Assembly (NCBI GenBank): GCA_950097015.1
Contig: CATNEN010000037.1
Location: 1,488,001-1,552,000, forward strand
DNA length: 64,000 nt
DNA from: Macrostomum hystrix
Lineage: Eukaryota > Animalia > Platyhelminthes
Reading direction: 5' to 3'
In this document: positions 35,441 to 47,376 of the stretch, piece by piece
Layout of the letters: each line of letters starts with the position of its first letter
How positions within the stretch are numbered: position 1 is the first letter of the stretch
The notes under the pieces: model-generated
What the model was told of the DNA's origin: nothing
Seen by the model: only the letters and a program-made list of their open reading frames with translations
Database searches by the model: none
Made by a program: the position numbers and the translations under genes

Positions 35441-35906
35441 TTATCCCGTATCAGCTGCGGCGGTAGCAGAGTCTGCCGTCCCTTCGTCCAGTTCAACTGG
35501 CCCGCTGCCTGCGCTATCCTTGCTCTTCTTCCGCTTGCCAGCGGCCCCGCCGCCGCCGCCGCCAAGCGTTAGCATCGTGACGCAATAATTGCGGATTGCG
35601 CCTGGCGCATAGGCGAACATCGTCGACGCTGACCGTGCTGCGCTTGGCGTGCCTAGCGAAGGCTTCGAGATCCAGCGAGTAGGTCTGGGCCAGCCGGTGA
35701 ACAGCCTCGGCTATGGCGGCCACAACTTCCGGAGCGAATTCGCACGATTGGCTGGCCGAGACCGAGTCGCACAGCTGCGACACTGCGTAGTGGACGCTCA
35801 TCTTGTAGTCTCGCGACGGCCCGGAGCTGGCAGCGGGACTGTCGCCGGCGCCGCTGCTCCCGCCGCCGCCGCTAGTCGAAGAACAGGAAGCAGATTTAGA
35901 AGAGGA
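35441..35906 (-). CDS. CENPS: CENP-S / MHF1 (APITD1) histone-fold protein
   Basis: 'SVHYAVSQLC...EVVAAIAE...DLEAFARHAKRSTVSVDDVRLCARRN..LL' is the CENP-S histone fold. The frame is open back to an acceptor at 35907. It stops at 35514 as assembled, or at 35441 if a 1-nt indel near 35575 is corrected. Confidence 0.88.
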
Positions 35907-36543
35907 CTGAAATGAATTGACTGGCTATGTTTTATCAACTAGGGGAGGACATTGTGCCAATTAAAAAAGAGAAAGTTTGGCACTCGTTAACCTAGGCGGG
36001 AGAATTAGCCCAATGATAAGTGGGGGATTTTTTGTCAACAATGGGAGATAGTTTTCATACTATATGACCCGATAAAGGGTGGGGAATGATAGGGTAAATC
36101 AACGAGCGTATAATCAAAATTTGTCTAATTGCTTTCCTACTCAGTGGGAGAGGAAGGGAGATGAGATTTACAGGTACATGAGAACTAATCAAAAAATAAA
36201 AAGGTGGGATTTTTGTATACGAATAGACTTAGGATTGTCTTGGCATATATGAGGCTTTTTTATCCCTTTTTGAGGCTGGATTTAGGTTTGTAAAATAATT
36301 TTTTAATGCATAGGCTTTTGCTTTTTTCCAGATTAAATTAATCTCCAAGCAGGCGCGTAATATAATATACGAGTAATTATCGTAAATGCGGAAACGCGAT
36401 TGAAATTAACAAATCTAAAATAGCACATTGAATAAAGTTAAAGTCTAACCTAGATAGATCAATGCTAGAGTGGATAAAACAATGACACAAGCATGTAGCC
36501 TAGTTGGTCCAGATAAAGTCGCAGTTATTGCGTGGTATATGCT

Positions 36544-36950
36544 GCGTACAGTCCATGGACTGAGAGACGCCACACACGGCTAAACTTATTTCCGAATTGT
36601 AGGGTCTACTATGTGCCCTTATTCAGTTCAGTTAGTAATAATAATAATAATAATATTAATTGATTACACCTGCCCCAATCGGGTCAGATGTGCAGCCGAC
36701 AGCACAGCCGCAGCTAATGCACGGCGCATCTGAAGGCTGCGTACAGCTGTTCAGTCCATGGACTGGGGGGACGCCACACCAACCTTCAATTATCCCAGCT
36801 AATGCTGGTACCCATTTAACAGCTGGGTGAACTGAAGCAATGCAGAGTTAAGTGTCTTGCTAAAGGACACAAATTGTTTAAGTGGAGTCGGGAATCGAAC
36901 CCCCGACCTTCAAGTCGTGAGTCCGACGCTCTAACCACTAGGCTACAACC
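36544..36950 (-). mobile_element. CORE-SINE family A full copy (36634-36950) plus the same 3' spacer seen at 22.25-22.32 kb
   Basis: tRNA-Val(CAC)-like head 'gtagcctagtggttagagcgtcggactcacgacttgaaggtcgggggttcgattccc', CORE block, (TAT)n tail. Confidence 0.88.
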
Positions 36951-37124
36951 TCTTCGTAATTTAGGTATTATATACAAACATTTACTAACAGTTAGTAATA
37001 CAAACATTTAAATATACGTCCTAGCATTTCATTATTTTTATCTATAAACAAAGGGTTTGCTGGTTAATCTCAATTATTTATTTATTCGTCCTAAAACTGA
37101 GATCACGGAACAATACAAGCAGCT

Positions 37125-39195
37125 CTAAGCTAGACTACGGCTAGGCAGTCCCCCACTCTCCGTGTCAGAATACTTGACTAAAAAGTCCTCCGTACGCCAA
37201 GATACCGACTCTCGGCTGCCTTCATCCCATAGGCTTCTAGAAGCTGTAATGGGAGCACTGCCTAAGCATTCGTTGCCTCGGTAGAACACAGCGTACTGGC
37301 CGGGCGCCACGCAGCGCATCGGCTCAGCCAGAGTCACGCGCAGGCAGCCGTTGTCGGTTAACGTCAGCTGACAGCCAACCGGGCGCCATTTGTTCTGCCA
37401 GCGCAATTCGCAATCCAACTGGCCGCAGCCGCCGCTAGTTAGCTCGGATGGCGCCGAGTGAATCCAGTGCGCCTGGCCGCACTCCATATTGGCGTAGTAG
37501 AGCGATGGATGGCCCTCGCCTGTGTTTGATACAATTGACAATGCCTGCTACGATCTTAACGAAACCTTTGCGGGAACAGCACTTCAAAAATGCGCCTAAC
37601 ACCTGCTCTTAGGTAGGCTGTATCATAATCTAATCCCTTTACGAGATCATTCAGTGAGCAGTCGAACTTCCTTCCCCAGATCGTTCAGTAAGCAGTCCCT
37701 ACTCCCTTCAGTGAGCAGTGCCAACTACCTTACCCAGATCCTTCAGTGAGCAGTCAGAACTTCCTTCCACAAATCCTTCAGTAAGCAGTCCCTACTCCCT
37801 TCAGTGAGCATTCCCTACTCCCTTCATGAGATCATTCAGTGAGCAGTCCCTACTCCCTTCATGAGATCATTCAGTGAGCAGTCCCTACTCCCTTCATGTG
37901 ATCATTCAGTGAGCAGTCCCTACTCCCTTCATGAGATCATTCAGTGAGCAGTCCCTACTACCTTCACCAGATCCTTCAGTGAGCAGTCCCTACTCCCTTC
38001 ACCAGATCCTTCAGTGAGCAGTCCCTACTCCCTTCATGAGATCATTCAGTGAGCAGTCCCTACTCCCTTCATGAGATCATTCAGTGAGCAGTCCCTACTC
38101 CCTTCATGAGATCATTCAGTAAGCAGTCCCATACTACCTTCATGAGATTATTCAGTGAGCAGTCCCTACTACCTTCACCAGATCCTTCAGTGAGCAGTCC
38201 CTACTCCCTTCATGAGATCATTCAGTGAGCAGTCCCTACTACCTTCACCAGATCCTTCAGTGAGCAGTCCCTACTCCCTTCATGAGATTATTCAGTGAGC
38301 AGTCCCTACTCCCTTTCAGTGAGCATTATTCTGCAGATGAGCAGATGTCTCACTTACCGTCCACCAAAAACACAGTCTGACTAGCGGCGCACAGTTTAGA
38401 AACAAAGTAGCTCCGATGATCGATGGACAGTCTGGGCCGCTGGCCAAGTGTATAATGATGCACTCCAGCATGCTGTCCTAGGTCACGGCCAGTCTCTAGG
38501 TGAATAAATCTACCCGGCCGGCGCTCAAGATACTGATCAATGAAACCTGAAAAGTTTCTTTTCCCAATGAAACAGATGCCGGCGCTTTCCCTTTTAGCGG
38601 CAATGCGGGCCAGGCCGTCGATGCTGGCGCATAGACGCTTCACGTCCGGTTTTAGCCAGCTACCGATGGGAAAGGCGGCTAATCGGAGTGCGTTCTGTGG
38701 AACCTGGCAAAGCCAGAAGGTCTGATCCTTCACCGAATCGGCGGAGCGCAACAGTCGGACACTCTCGCCAGGCCGGTGATGCTCGAGAAAATCGCCGAAC
38801 GAAGTCCTGGCGTAGTGGCCAGTAGCCAATGCGTCAAATTCGAGTTCCTCTACGCAGCGCTTATATAGGCAGTCGAATTTAATATGCCTATTGCAGAGCA
38901 CATCCGGATTCGGCGTACGTCCAGCCTGGTACTCGCCAATGGTGCGCTGAAACACGTTAGTCCAATACTCCTTGGTGAAGTTCAAGTGCAGAAATGGCAG
39001 GCCAAGTTGCTCGCTGACTAGTTTAGCATCGCGAAAATCTTTCTCGCCGGAGCATTCGCCAGTCTCGTCGCGCTCATCCCAATTAGTCATGTGGACGCAG
39101 GTGACACGAAAACCGCGCTGCCTCAGCAGGTAGGCGGATACGGCGCTGTCAACGCCGCCAGAGACTGCGCATGCGATGCGACGAATAGAACCCGA
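37125..39195 (-). CDS. TRMU: Mitochondrial tRNA 2-thiouridylase MnmA/TRMU; exons 38358-39195 and 37125-37519
   Basis: 'IACAVSGGVDSAVSAYLL...VHMTNWD', 'GRTPNPDVLCNRHIKF', 'LATGHYAR', 'KDQTFWL', 'KRESAGICFIG', 'HHYTLGQR', 'PGQYAVFY.G.ECLG'. A phase-1 intron restores 'VFLVDGEGHPSLY'. No ATG before the SGGVDS motif. Confidence 0.93.
37642..38325. repeat. 35-bp minisatellite in the TRMU intron
   Basis: (cagtgagcagtccctactcccttcatgagatcatt)n. Confidence 0.93.
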
Positions 39196-40917
39196 CTGAT
39201 TTTATCAAAATGATTGATTGTCAGTTTGAGATTTTTATTTTGTTCCTCTTATAAACGTGCCTTAATGCTGGGCACCACAGACCACTTATTATAGTAGTGT
39301 TATATCTCAATGCAAAAGGTGTGAAACACTACACAATAATATGTAAAACTTTAAACAATTGTTGCTATTAAAAAAACTATTGATAATAGTTGATAATGTT
39401 GATAATATTGAGAATAACTATTGATAATTATAATAATTGATAATAGACAATTTTATTGTAATTGCTTATGTCAAAACTGCCTTGGTTTATATTGTAGCAA
39501 TCATATTACTTAAGGACTTATGGAATGTCTAATTTCTTTAAACAAGACAGAACTGAAAATAAGAGCATATCTGTACTAGATAACACAATATTATATTTTT
39601 AAATACATGAAATAAGATAACTTTGTTAGCAGCAATTACCTGGCTTTTGTAGTGTGTTTATATAAAAGTATAGGAATGGTGAATTCTCTTATATATTTAT
39701 ATAATATAATTGACTTTGTAGCATATAAACTAAAGACCAATATTTTCTAACTGACAGCTTTTTAGTGGAAAGCATAAATTTTGTTAATTTAGATTTTTGT
39801 AACACAAACCAATCACAAATTGAAAAGCAAAGGCTTTCAGATCAGAATGAAACAAATTATTATTGCCTCATTATTACTAATTGCCCAGAAAATATAGTGG
39901 CTTTTAACTAATTATTGGCCTACTAATAAAATGCCACTAAGAAAGCTATACCTTTTTCTAAAATTCTTTTTGCTTCTGAATTATTCAAAATATATTTGTG
40001 ATCCTTTTGTTTTAACATAACTTTTTGTTGTTTGACACATTTATGGTTTTTAATGCATGGTTTTCAATCAGAGAAAAGTTAGAATAAATATTAATAACTA
40101 TATTTGAAGATTTACTTTAGCTTTTGTCACTGTTCTCTTCAAGTGCCCCTTTAGCAGCTTACTATGGAGTGTTGTTAACTATGGGCCATCCATTTCTCTC
40201 CCAAGGCTGTTCTTTCTGTTTGTGTACTTTGACACTAGCCTATCACAAGTTCTCTAGACTCAAGACAACTTTCAAGCAGATTTAAAGAATGCTATCGTAA
40301 TCAGGCTGAGATCAGGCAATGTCCACCTTTTTGTTGTTAAGAACAGGGACCTAGTACCCTCATTCTCCAACAAGACCACTTCTTAAGAACAAACCTTAAT
40401 TAAGGACCAATCAAATATGGTACATTTCAAACTCAAGCTGACCAATTATTTTTTCACATTGTCTATGATGCTTCATGTGGGAAAATTATAGGAAGACTTG
40501 CAACTTCTAAATCAAATAGGATAGCCATTCAAAAAAGGCAGTCACAGAATTAGACTTAAGCACAAGATCTTACTTTTTGATCATAGAGTATTACTAAAAA
40601 AACTATTAGAGATCAAGTTAAAATTTGGTATTTGGTATTCATATTGTTTATATTGTTGGCTCACTATTTGGTATTTTAAAAGGTGAGTCCCAACATTTAT
40701 TATTTCGATTTGGAAAAATCTTATATTTGTTCCATCTCTAAAAACTATCAAGCTCTACAGTCTTTTTGAAATATGTTATAAAAAATAACAGAGCCCTGCT
40801 CTTGAAGGGTTGCCTAGCAGTTATAAGACATGACCTCATGTTGTGATATATAATACCAGTTTTAATTTACAAATGAAACAGGTTGTACTTGTAACTCAAT
40901 TTTTTAAAGGGCAGAGC

Positions 40918-41566
40918 TTATTCCCACCATCCCGTGCCAATAATTTCAATTTTATCCACACAGATCCGTGACGATAATTTTCTGCTTAACCACACGGCAG
41001 CTTAAATGAATAGATCTAAAACTTTTTATATAAATATGCTGTGCCATTAATTTCAATTTTATCCACACTGTTCTGTTCTTTGAAACAAGGCCCTTTGGGG
41101 TTTGAACATTTTGTTGAACCCTCGAGCCAATAGATTGACAAAGTTGCCAGTGTTTTACAACAGTGTCCTACATTTTGACCTACACATTCATTAACCGACA
41201 TTAATGTCATCCTTTTTAATTATTGTAATAACAACTTACTAAATCTTTTGTCATCGTTACATGTTTTCATTCAAATTGTATTGACTTAAAAAGTAAGAAG
41301 TAAGAAAATCATACAAGTCAACCAGCAGAATTCTAGTCAGCACCAAACTTGTCACACATATTATACATCATTGTTATTCTTTTACACTATGCATTGATAG
41401 TGTACACTATACACTATACTCTGAAGCAAAAGCCTTATGCTTAGAGAAGAATAGGTAGTGACTTGAAAGTAGACCTATTCAAGCTGCAGTGTGGATAAGC
41501 AGAAAATTATCAGCACAGATCCGTGTGGATAAAATTGAAATTATCGGCACAGGACTGTGGGAATAA
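40918..41566. mobile_element. Non-autonomous foldback element with ~100-bp imperfect terminal inverted repeats
   Basis: 40918-~41020 is the reverse complement of ~41470-41566 ('ttattcccac...taatttcaattttatccacac...gataattttctgctta'). No clear TSD. Confidence 0.75.
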
Positions 41567-41889
41567 AAGTGTCACTTCCTTTTTAAAGTGACACTACATT
41601 CAGAGTAGTGTCACTTTATATTTCCTTATCATTAAACTCATCATCATTATATCATTAATCATTGTGCTTTAATCATGTTTTCCATAGACCTAAGCCTATT
41701 TTAGGCCTATCTTTTTATTGAATGAAAAATATAAATATGTATGCAAACAAATGGTCAAGTCAATCAGTCTTAATTTTATTATTCATTTTATAACACTTTA
41801 GAATAACAATAAACATTTGTATTTTGAATATAAAATTCTTTCTGCAACACTGTTAATAGGTAGGCAGGCCTAATTAGCAAATAAAAATT

Positions 41890-43210
41890 GGATCCTAGTC
41901 ATTTCATCAACTGGTCACTTCGTCAACTGGATTCCCATATTGGTCATTTTGTCAACTGCCAAAAAAATATCACCCATTCCGTGACTTGTATAGCTTGTAT
42001 AGCCTAACCCATACAAATATAGACAAGGAATGCTTTGTTAAAATGATTATCATATTCAAATTGGTTCGAACTGAATAAATTAGTATATTAGAATATTCAG
42101 TTTTAAATACCACATAACCATAGTCCCTCGAATTCGAATATACTATAGTTTAAATATACTGGTGCAATGTCATCACAAATATATCACAAAGATCACAAAG
42201 GTCACAAAGATTAAGTGTGTGCGGGCATACAACTACATGTACATGTGAGTACAATGTAAATCTATATTGTACTACGAGCTACATTATATAGTGTTTGAGG
42301 AGGGTGTAGTGTCAGGTTTAAGTATTTCGGATTGGCTTGGCTGGTGAGGCCGGTTGTTGAGACATGATATATAGGGATATAAGACATGGTGCTAATTTGC
42401 ACCTCACAAGAGCTACCTACCAATTAAAGGTGTCATTTACCCCTCCGCTCCAGCACCACCCACGTTTTGATTGAAACCAAGACCAAGATAGGGTGCACAT
42501 TGTCAGCTTGGGAGGTGCATGGCTGTGAAGATGAATTGGGAGAATTAACAGACGTCAAAAGATGTTTTAATTTGTTTGTTTCAATTCAGTGGGGATTTCA
42601 GAAAGTGGGCGCTTTCTAGGAGAGCTGGATGCTTTCCAACAAAACATGACAATGTGCAATATGACTCTTGGCACAACTCCCCCTACTCTCTCTCTCTCAC
42701 ACATATGTTCATTCTCTTACAATGAATGTCAATTTGCATCTAGATCATACATGCGCAACCTCCCAAATCTTAGCCAGCCGTGCGACTTAGTTTTTGCTCT
42801 TATTTGCGACTTAGTTCGTTTCATTGCTCTATTTACGACTTAGTTTGCTCTCATTTGCTCTCTTTTTCTCTCCCCTTTTCCTTTTTTTCACGCCTTCCTT
42901 TTTTGTCCCTTGGTCCCCCCTTTGATTTTTTTGCGCTTGGTTGATTGGTTTTTGCGACTTACCTTGCTTGGCCCTCGTTTCACCCGGCCGGTTCGGCTGG
43001 GTCGGCCGGGTGTTGCGCATGTATGATCTGGATGCACGCATGGCATTAACTAGACAACATTACACTAAAAAATTTTTACAATGTTAACTGGTTGACGAAG
43101 TGACTAACAGTGTGAGGTCATTTTGTCAACTGCCAGTAAGACCACCCTTAAATGTTGGTCACTTCGTCAACCGAGTTGACAATGTGGCAGTTGACGAAAT
43201 GACCAGCACC
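41890..43210. mobile_element. Non-autonomous DNA transposon, possibly MULE-like, with GGTCAxTTCGTCAAC subterminal repeats
   Basis: Ends 'ggatcctagtcatttcatcaactg' and 'cagttgacgaaatgaccagcacc' are inverted. Flanks ataaaaatt / ctaaaaata resemble a decayed 9-bp TSD. Confidence 0.55.
42746..43025. mobile_element. hAT-type MITE, copy 1 (nested in the 41890-43210 element)
   Basis: TIR catacatgcgcaac / gttgcgcatgtatg; 8-bp TSD atctagat / atctggat. Confidence 0.85.
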
Positions 43211-43587
43211 CTAAAAATAATGTTATTAAATTGTAATGAATAGGCCTATCTTATATTTTGACTACATATTGTATTACTGTGCAAGTTGACCAAACCAGCT
43301 TTAGGGCAAAATTTATTTTGCCCCAAAATTGAATCGCTATTATTATGTCTGAATTGAATTGTTAGTTAAGCTACCTTACTAGGCCCTAGATGAACACAAG
43401 ATCAGTCTGCATCAGGCAATAGGCCTAATATATTCACCCATGAGTCAAGCCTGGCTTAGGCCTGACAAAAAAAGAAAAATTTGGCACATTGTGCTACAAA
43501 TTTAACCTACATATTAGGTCTACTTCTTAGCTGATAAATTTATCTATTAAAAAATTGTGAATCTTATCATAGAATTATATTTGCTTT

Positions 43588-43859
43588 CATACATGTGCAA
43601 CACCCGGCCGAACCGCCCAGGTGAAACGAGGGCCAAGCAAGGTAAGTCACAAAAACCAATCGACCTAGCGCAAAAAAATCAAAGGGGGGACCAATGGACA
43701 AAAAAGGAAGGCGTGAAGAAAAGGAAAAAGGGGAGAAAAAAAGAGAGCAAATGAGAGCAAACTAAGTCGTAAATAGAGCAATGAAACGAACTAAGTCGCA
43801 AATGAGAGCAAAAACTAAGTCGCACGGCCGGCTAAGATTTGGTAGGTTGCGCATGTATG
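43588..43859. mobile_element. hAT-type MITE, copy 2 (inverted relative to copy 1)
   Basis: Same TIR and body in the opposite orientation; perfect 8-bp TSD tttgcttt (43580-43587 and 43860-43867). Confidence 0.88.
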
Positions 43860-46036
43860 TTTGCTTTGACATTCTAAAGACTACCTATCGAGTATCGACT
43901 AGGCAGGCCCTACCTATGATATTTGTGTCCTTATGAATCGCACTTGCGTCGCTTAGCTTTAGTCAAGATCACTTAACGTCACAATAGTGTAAAACATAGA
44001 AAAATAGACAAATTAATAATAATAATAATGACCTAGAATAAAACTATTTAAAAACAGCTGCTGAGCTGCATAAAATGTTATAGTGAGCAATGAGCATCCC
44101 AATAATCAAATTGATTTTTTTTGTCAGCTCTTAACCATTCGGTCCGTAAACCCATTAGGCCTACAATTTTAAAAAGAAGTCCAATGTGCTTTTTGCAATA
44201 AAGCTATGAAAGCTTATTCGTTTTTAAGCATTTTTTCGAAATATGCTGGCTTATTTAATTGCGAACTCAATTTGTTTTACTAAAATGATAACATATTAAT
44301 TACGCACATTTTATTTAGTAGGGCCTAATTAACTTTTTTGATTTTACGTTGCTTATACGAAGCCCAATTGAAGTATTATTTTTGCAGTTTCGTTCCACTT
44401 GTACTTTAAAAAAACTACGAATTATGTATCCGAGTATTCTTTTAAGTAAAGAACAATTGCTAATCGATCTTACATGTACGTGTATGTTGCAACGTGAAGT
44501 TCAATCGATATTAACAAGTTATCACAATTCTCAGGATAGCGAGACAGCTAACTCCTTAGGTTGTAACTTGCATTGCTAATAAGGCTCTACGTTTAAAGCT
44601 GCGACGACGTACAAAACGAACGAATACTAATATTAAGAAGCTAAGCAACACTTACATTAAATGTGGTAGACTAAGCAATTATCATTTGAGTTCACATGAT
44701 ATGAGTTCGCACGAGTTCGCCTATGATCTACCGACCGGCGAGCTACAGTAAGGATAGTAATAAAAACTAAAGTCTTAAATTTATCATTTGCAGGGCAAAT
44801 GAGGGTTCACGTTATTTAGCAAACATGTGTTAAATACATGCGTGTTAGGGTTATGATTTGAGGGTATTTTGGGTTTAGGTTAAAAAATTATTGCTAATTT
44901 TTTGGGTTTGTTAATGCCTAAATGCTAAATATTTAAGGAGAGGGCAGGAAACAAAGAAACTAAAATTAAGAAACTGAACCAACAATGGGATTACAATACA
45001 ACTAAGAGGAACCCAGTTAAACACAGGGTAGCAGTTGAATGAACCTAGGGTTGAAATTAAACACAGGGTTGAATGAACCTATTTTCCAGAAATAAAAACA
45101 TTTTCAATCCCTAAACGGGGATGAATCTACTACTAATATCCACTCAAAGGATCTTAAATATCAGAGAAAAATAAGTGAATGTTTCACAGCCTGTGGCAGC
45201 GATAAAGTTCAAGCAAAAACGGAAGTCCACGTTGACGGTTCCAATGCATTTTCTTGCAAGAGAAAACAAGCTAAAACCATTTAATCGAAAATCGAAACAC
45301 CAAGTGCGGTAATCCACAAACGGATGATGCATATATTGCATTCTATTAAGATATTGAGTAAAATAGTTTTGTAGTTCAGCGAATGAGAAGACAATTTTTT
45401 GTCAAATTATGCAGATAGGAATAAAGAAAAGGAATAGCCACAAAAGACGAATGAACTCCTGCATTCTGAACACAACAGCAAACCAAATAGACTAGAAAAA
45501 ATACAGTTTCAGAGCCAATAATAAACCGAACGACGAAAGATGCTTCGCTTCCAAGATACTTTGTTTACTTTTTCTTGATTATAATTTAGAAGCTCAGCGA
45601 CAGAAAAAAACAAAGAGTTAGATATAGTGCCACGCAACAATGTCAAACAAAAATATATTCTTGGACAAGCTGTATCAGAAAGCAACTTATAATACTTCAT
45701 TTGTGAGCTCAAATTTATCTTGACGACAGACAATTAGAAACACAAAGACACCGAGAAATAATGTAACCAATTATTGCGATTAAAAAGTCAATCGATTTTT
45801 GTAACAATAAAGCTGGATAGAGCATAATAGTATAAAAAATTAACCTTTAAGTCGTAAACCCAGCAACCAGAAGTATGATGAAAGCAAGAATGAAAGCAAG
45901 AATGAAAACAAGAATGAAAGTTAATTTATTGCAGCTTGTCAAGTTAATAATGAACGTGTCTTAATAACAATTTTGGTGATAGAGATTCTTCATGCTGCAA
46001 GCAAATCAGACGGATGGTCAGCTACTAGGATCGAAT

Positions 46037-46501
46037 TTAAGTGGCCTTTTGTGAGTCAGACTTCCGCTGGGAGGCAATGAACTCTGTATAGTCAACGTAG
46101 CCGTCTTCGTTGGTGTCCTCATTCTTCAGCACATCGTTGACGGCCGATTCCAGACCCTGGTCAGACATGGCCAGCTTGCCGTCGTGGTCCAGCATGGATT
46201 TAAGCAGCTCAAGGCCGTCCAACTTGTCATTATTGTCAAAGTCGTGCATTTTAAAATAATAATACTCCTGTTCGGCTTCGCTCAGCTCACGATCTTTGGG
46301 CGGCTTGATGCTCAGGTGCTCCATGTGTGAGAACATGTGCGCCGAGTCGTGAACATGCAATCCATCACCTGAGCTAGCACTCGCCGATGTCAGCACCAGC
46401 GACACAATCAACGATGCTAACAGTACCCATAGCGACGAACGCGTCCTTGGTAACAACTCCTGGCCTCTTCTGAGATCATTGCAGCTAGAAACTGGCAGCA
46501 T
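46037..46501 (-). CDS. MCFD2: MCFD2-like EF-hand ER-Golgi cargo receptor subunit
   Basis: Signal-like hydrophobic stretch, 'HDSAHMFSHMEH', 'EQEYYYFKMHDFDNNDKLDGLEL' and 'EDTNEDGYVDYTEF' (two EF-hands). Confidence 0.85.
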   Translation of the reverse strand: MLPVSSCNDLRRGQELLPRTRSSLWVLLASLIVSLVLTSASASSGDGLHVHDSAHMFSHMEHLSIKPPKDRELSEAEQEYYYFKMHDFDNNDKLDGLELLKSMLDHDGKLAMSDQGLESAVNDVLKNEDTNEDGYVDYTEFIASQRKSDSQKAT

Positions 46502-47376
46502 TTTTTTATTGGCTGGAATGTGTAGATTTTGTGATCAAAACAGTTCTATAGATATCCATCTATCAAAGGTAGAATGTATTGATCATTTTAGGACTAAATT
46601 ATAAAGTCAGTCAATTTGCTTTATCTAAATTTATTTGCAAACAAAAAAACTAATATTTAACTGCCATGTTCCAGTTAAGAGTCCAATAGGCGTACGATTT
46701 TAATCAATGAAACTAGCTGCTACAGCAATATGTAGATATTGAGAAGACAATATAAAATCAGCATCACAAAAACGAAACCCTAGCTTCTCTTCTCTACTTA
46801 AATCAGCACCCGCAGCACACTACGCTAATAGGGTGCTGATTTAAGTTATTGTTTGTTAAAAAACGGTTTCTTTATTATGAAAACCAATACGCGAAAGAAA
46901 AGTAACGGCGATAAAAAGAGGCGACATGAAAGTAAAAGGGAGAAAGCAATGCAAGATTCGGAAAACATCAAACGCTTTAATGAATTAAAAAAGTATTAAA
47001 CCAGTGCATATGCTCAATTGCATAGAATGCCTATTGTATAAATAGGTATTGAACATTAAAATTATTTTTTACTTCGATAAACAATACGCAATAATAACAT
47101 AAATCGTGTTTAAAAAACTTCTCAATCTAAAACTTTACTTCCATAACGGTACAAGTACAAGTATCTTCGACAAAATCGCCGGCGCATGGTTGCCGAATTG
47201 CAGAGTGGCATGGGTTCGTTCAGACTGACGAAAAAATGTCAGAGGGAATCTCTTTAGTACTAAAATGGCGAAATGGAAAACTAGACTGACATTTCTACTG
47301 TTAATTTTCAAAGCCATGATTGATATTATTGCAGTAGCCAAACCACTACTCATTGTCCATCGCTGAGGCCCATAAG

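Noticed and set aside
36544-36565. Idea that Crypton-like ends insert into the SINE palindrome CAGTCCATGGACTG (also ~11600)
   Set aside because: The flanking 'ggactgtacgc' is simply the SINE sequence with a short deletion, not a foreign element end.
36880-36950. tRNA-Val-like sequences here and at ~22560-22627 and ~24810-24879
   Set aside because: The anticodon stem is degenerate and the sequence runs into a CORE domain and microsatellite tail; these are SINE heads, not tRNA genes.
47135-47353. 72-aa ORF just downstream of the nucleoside hydrolase
   Set aside because: No recognisable motif; it probably lies in the 3' UTR or intergenic DNA.
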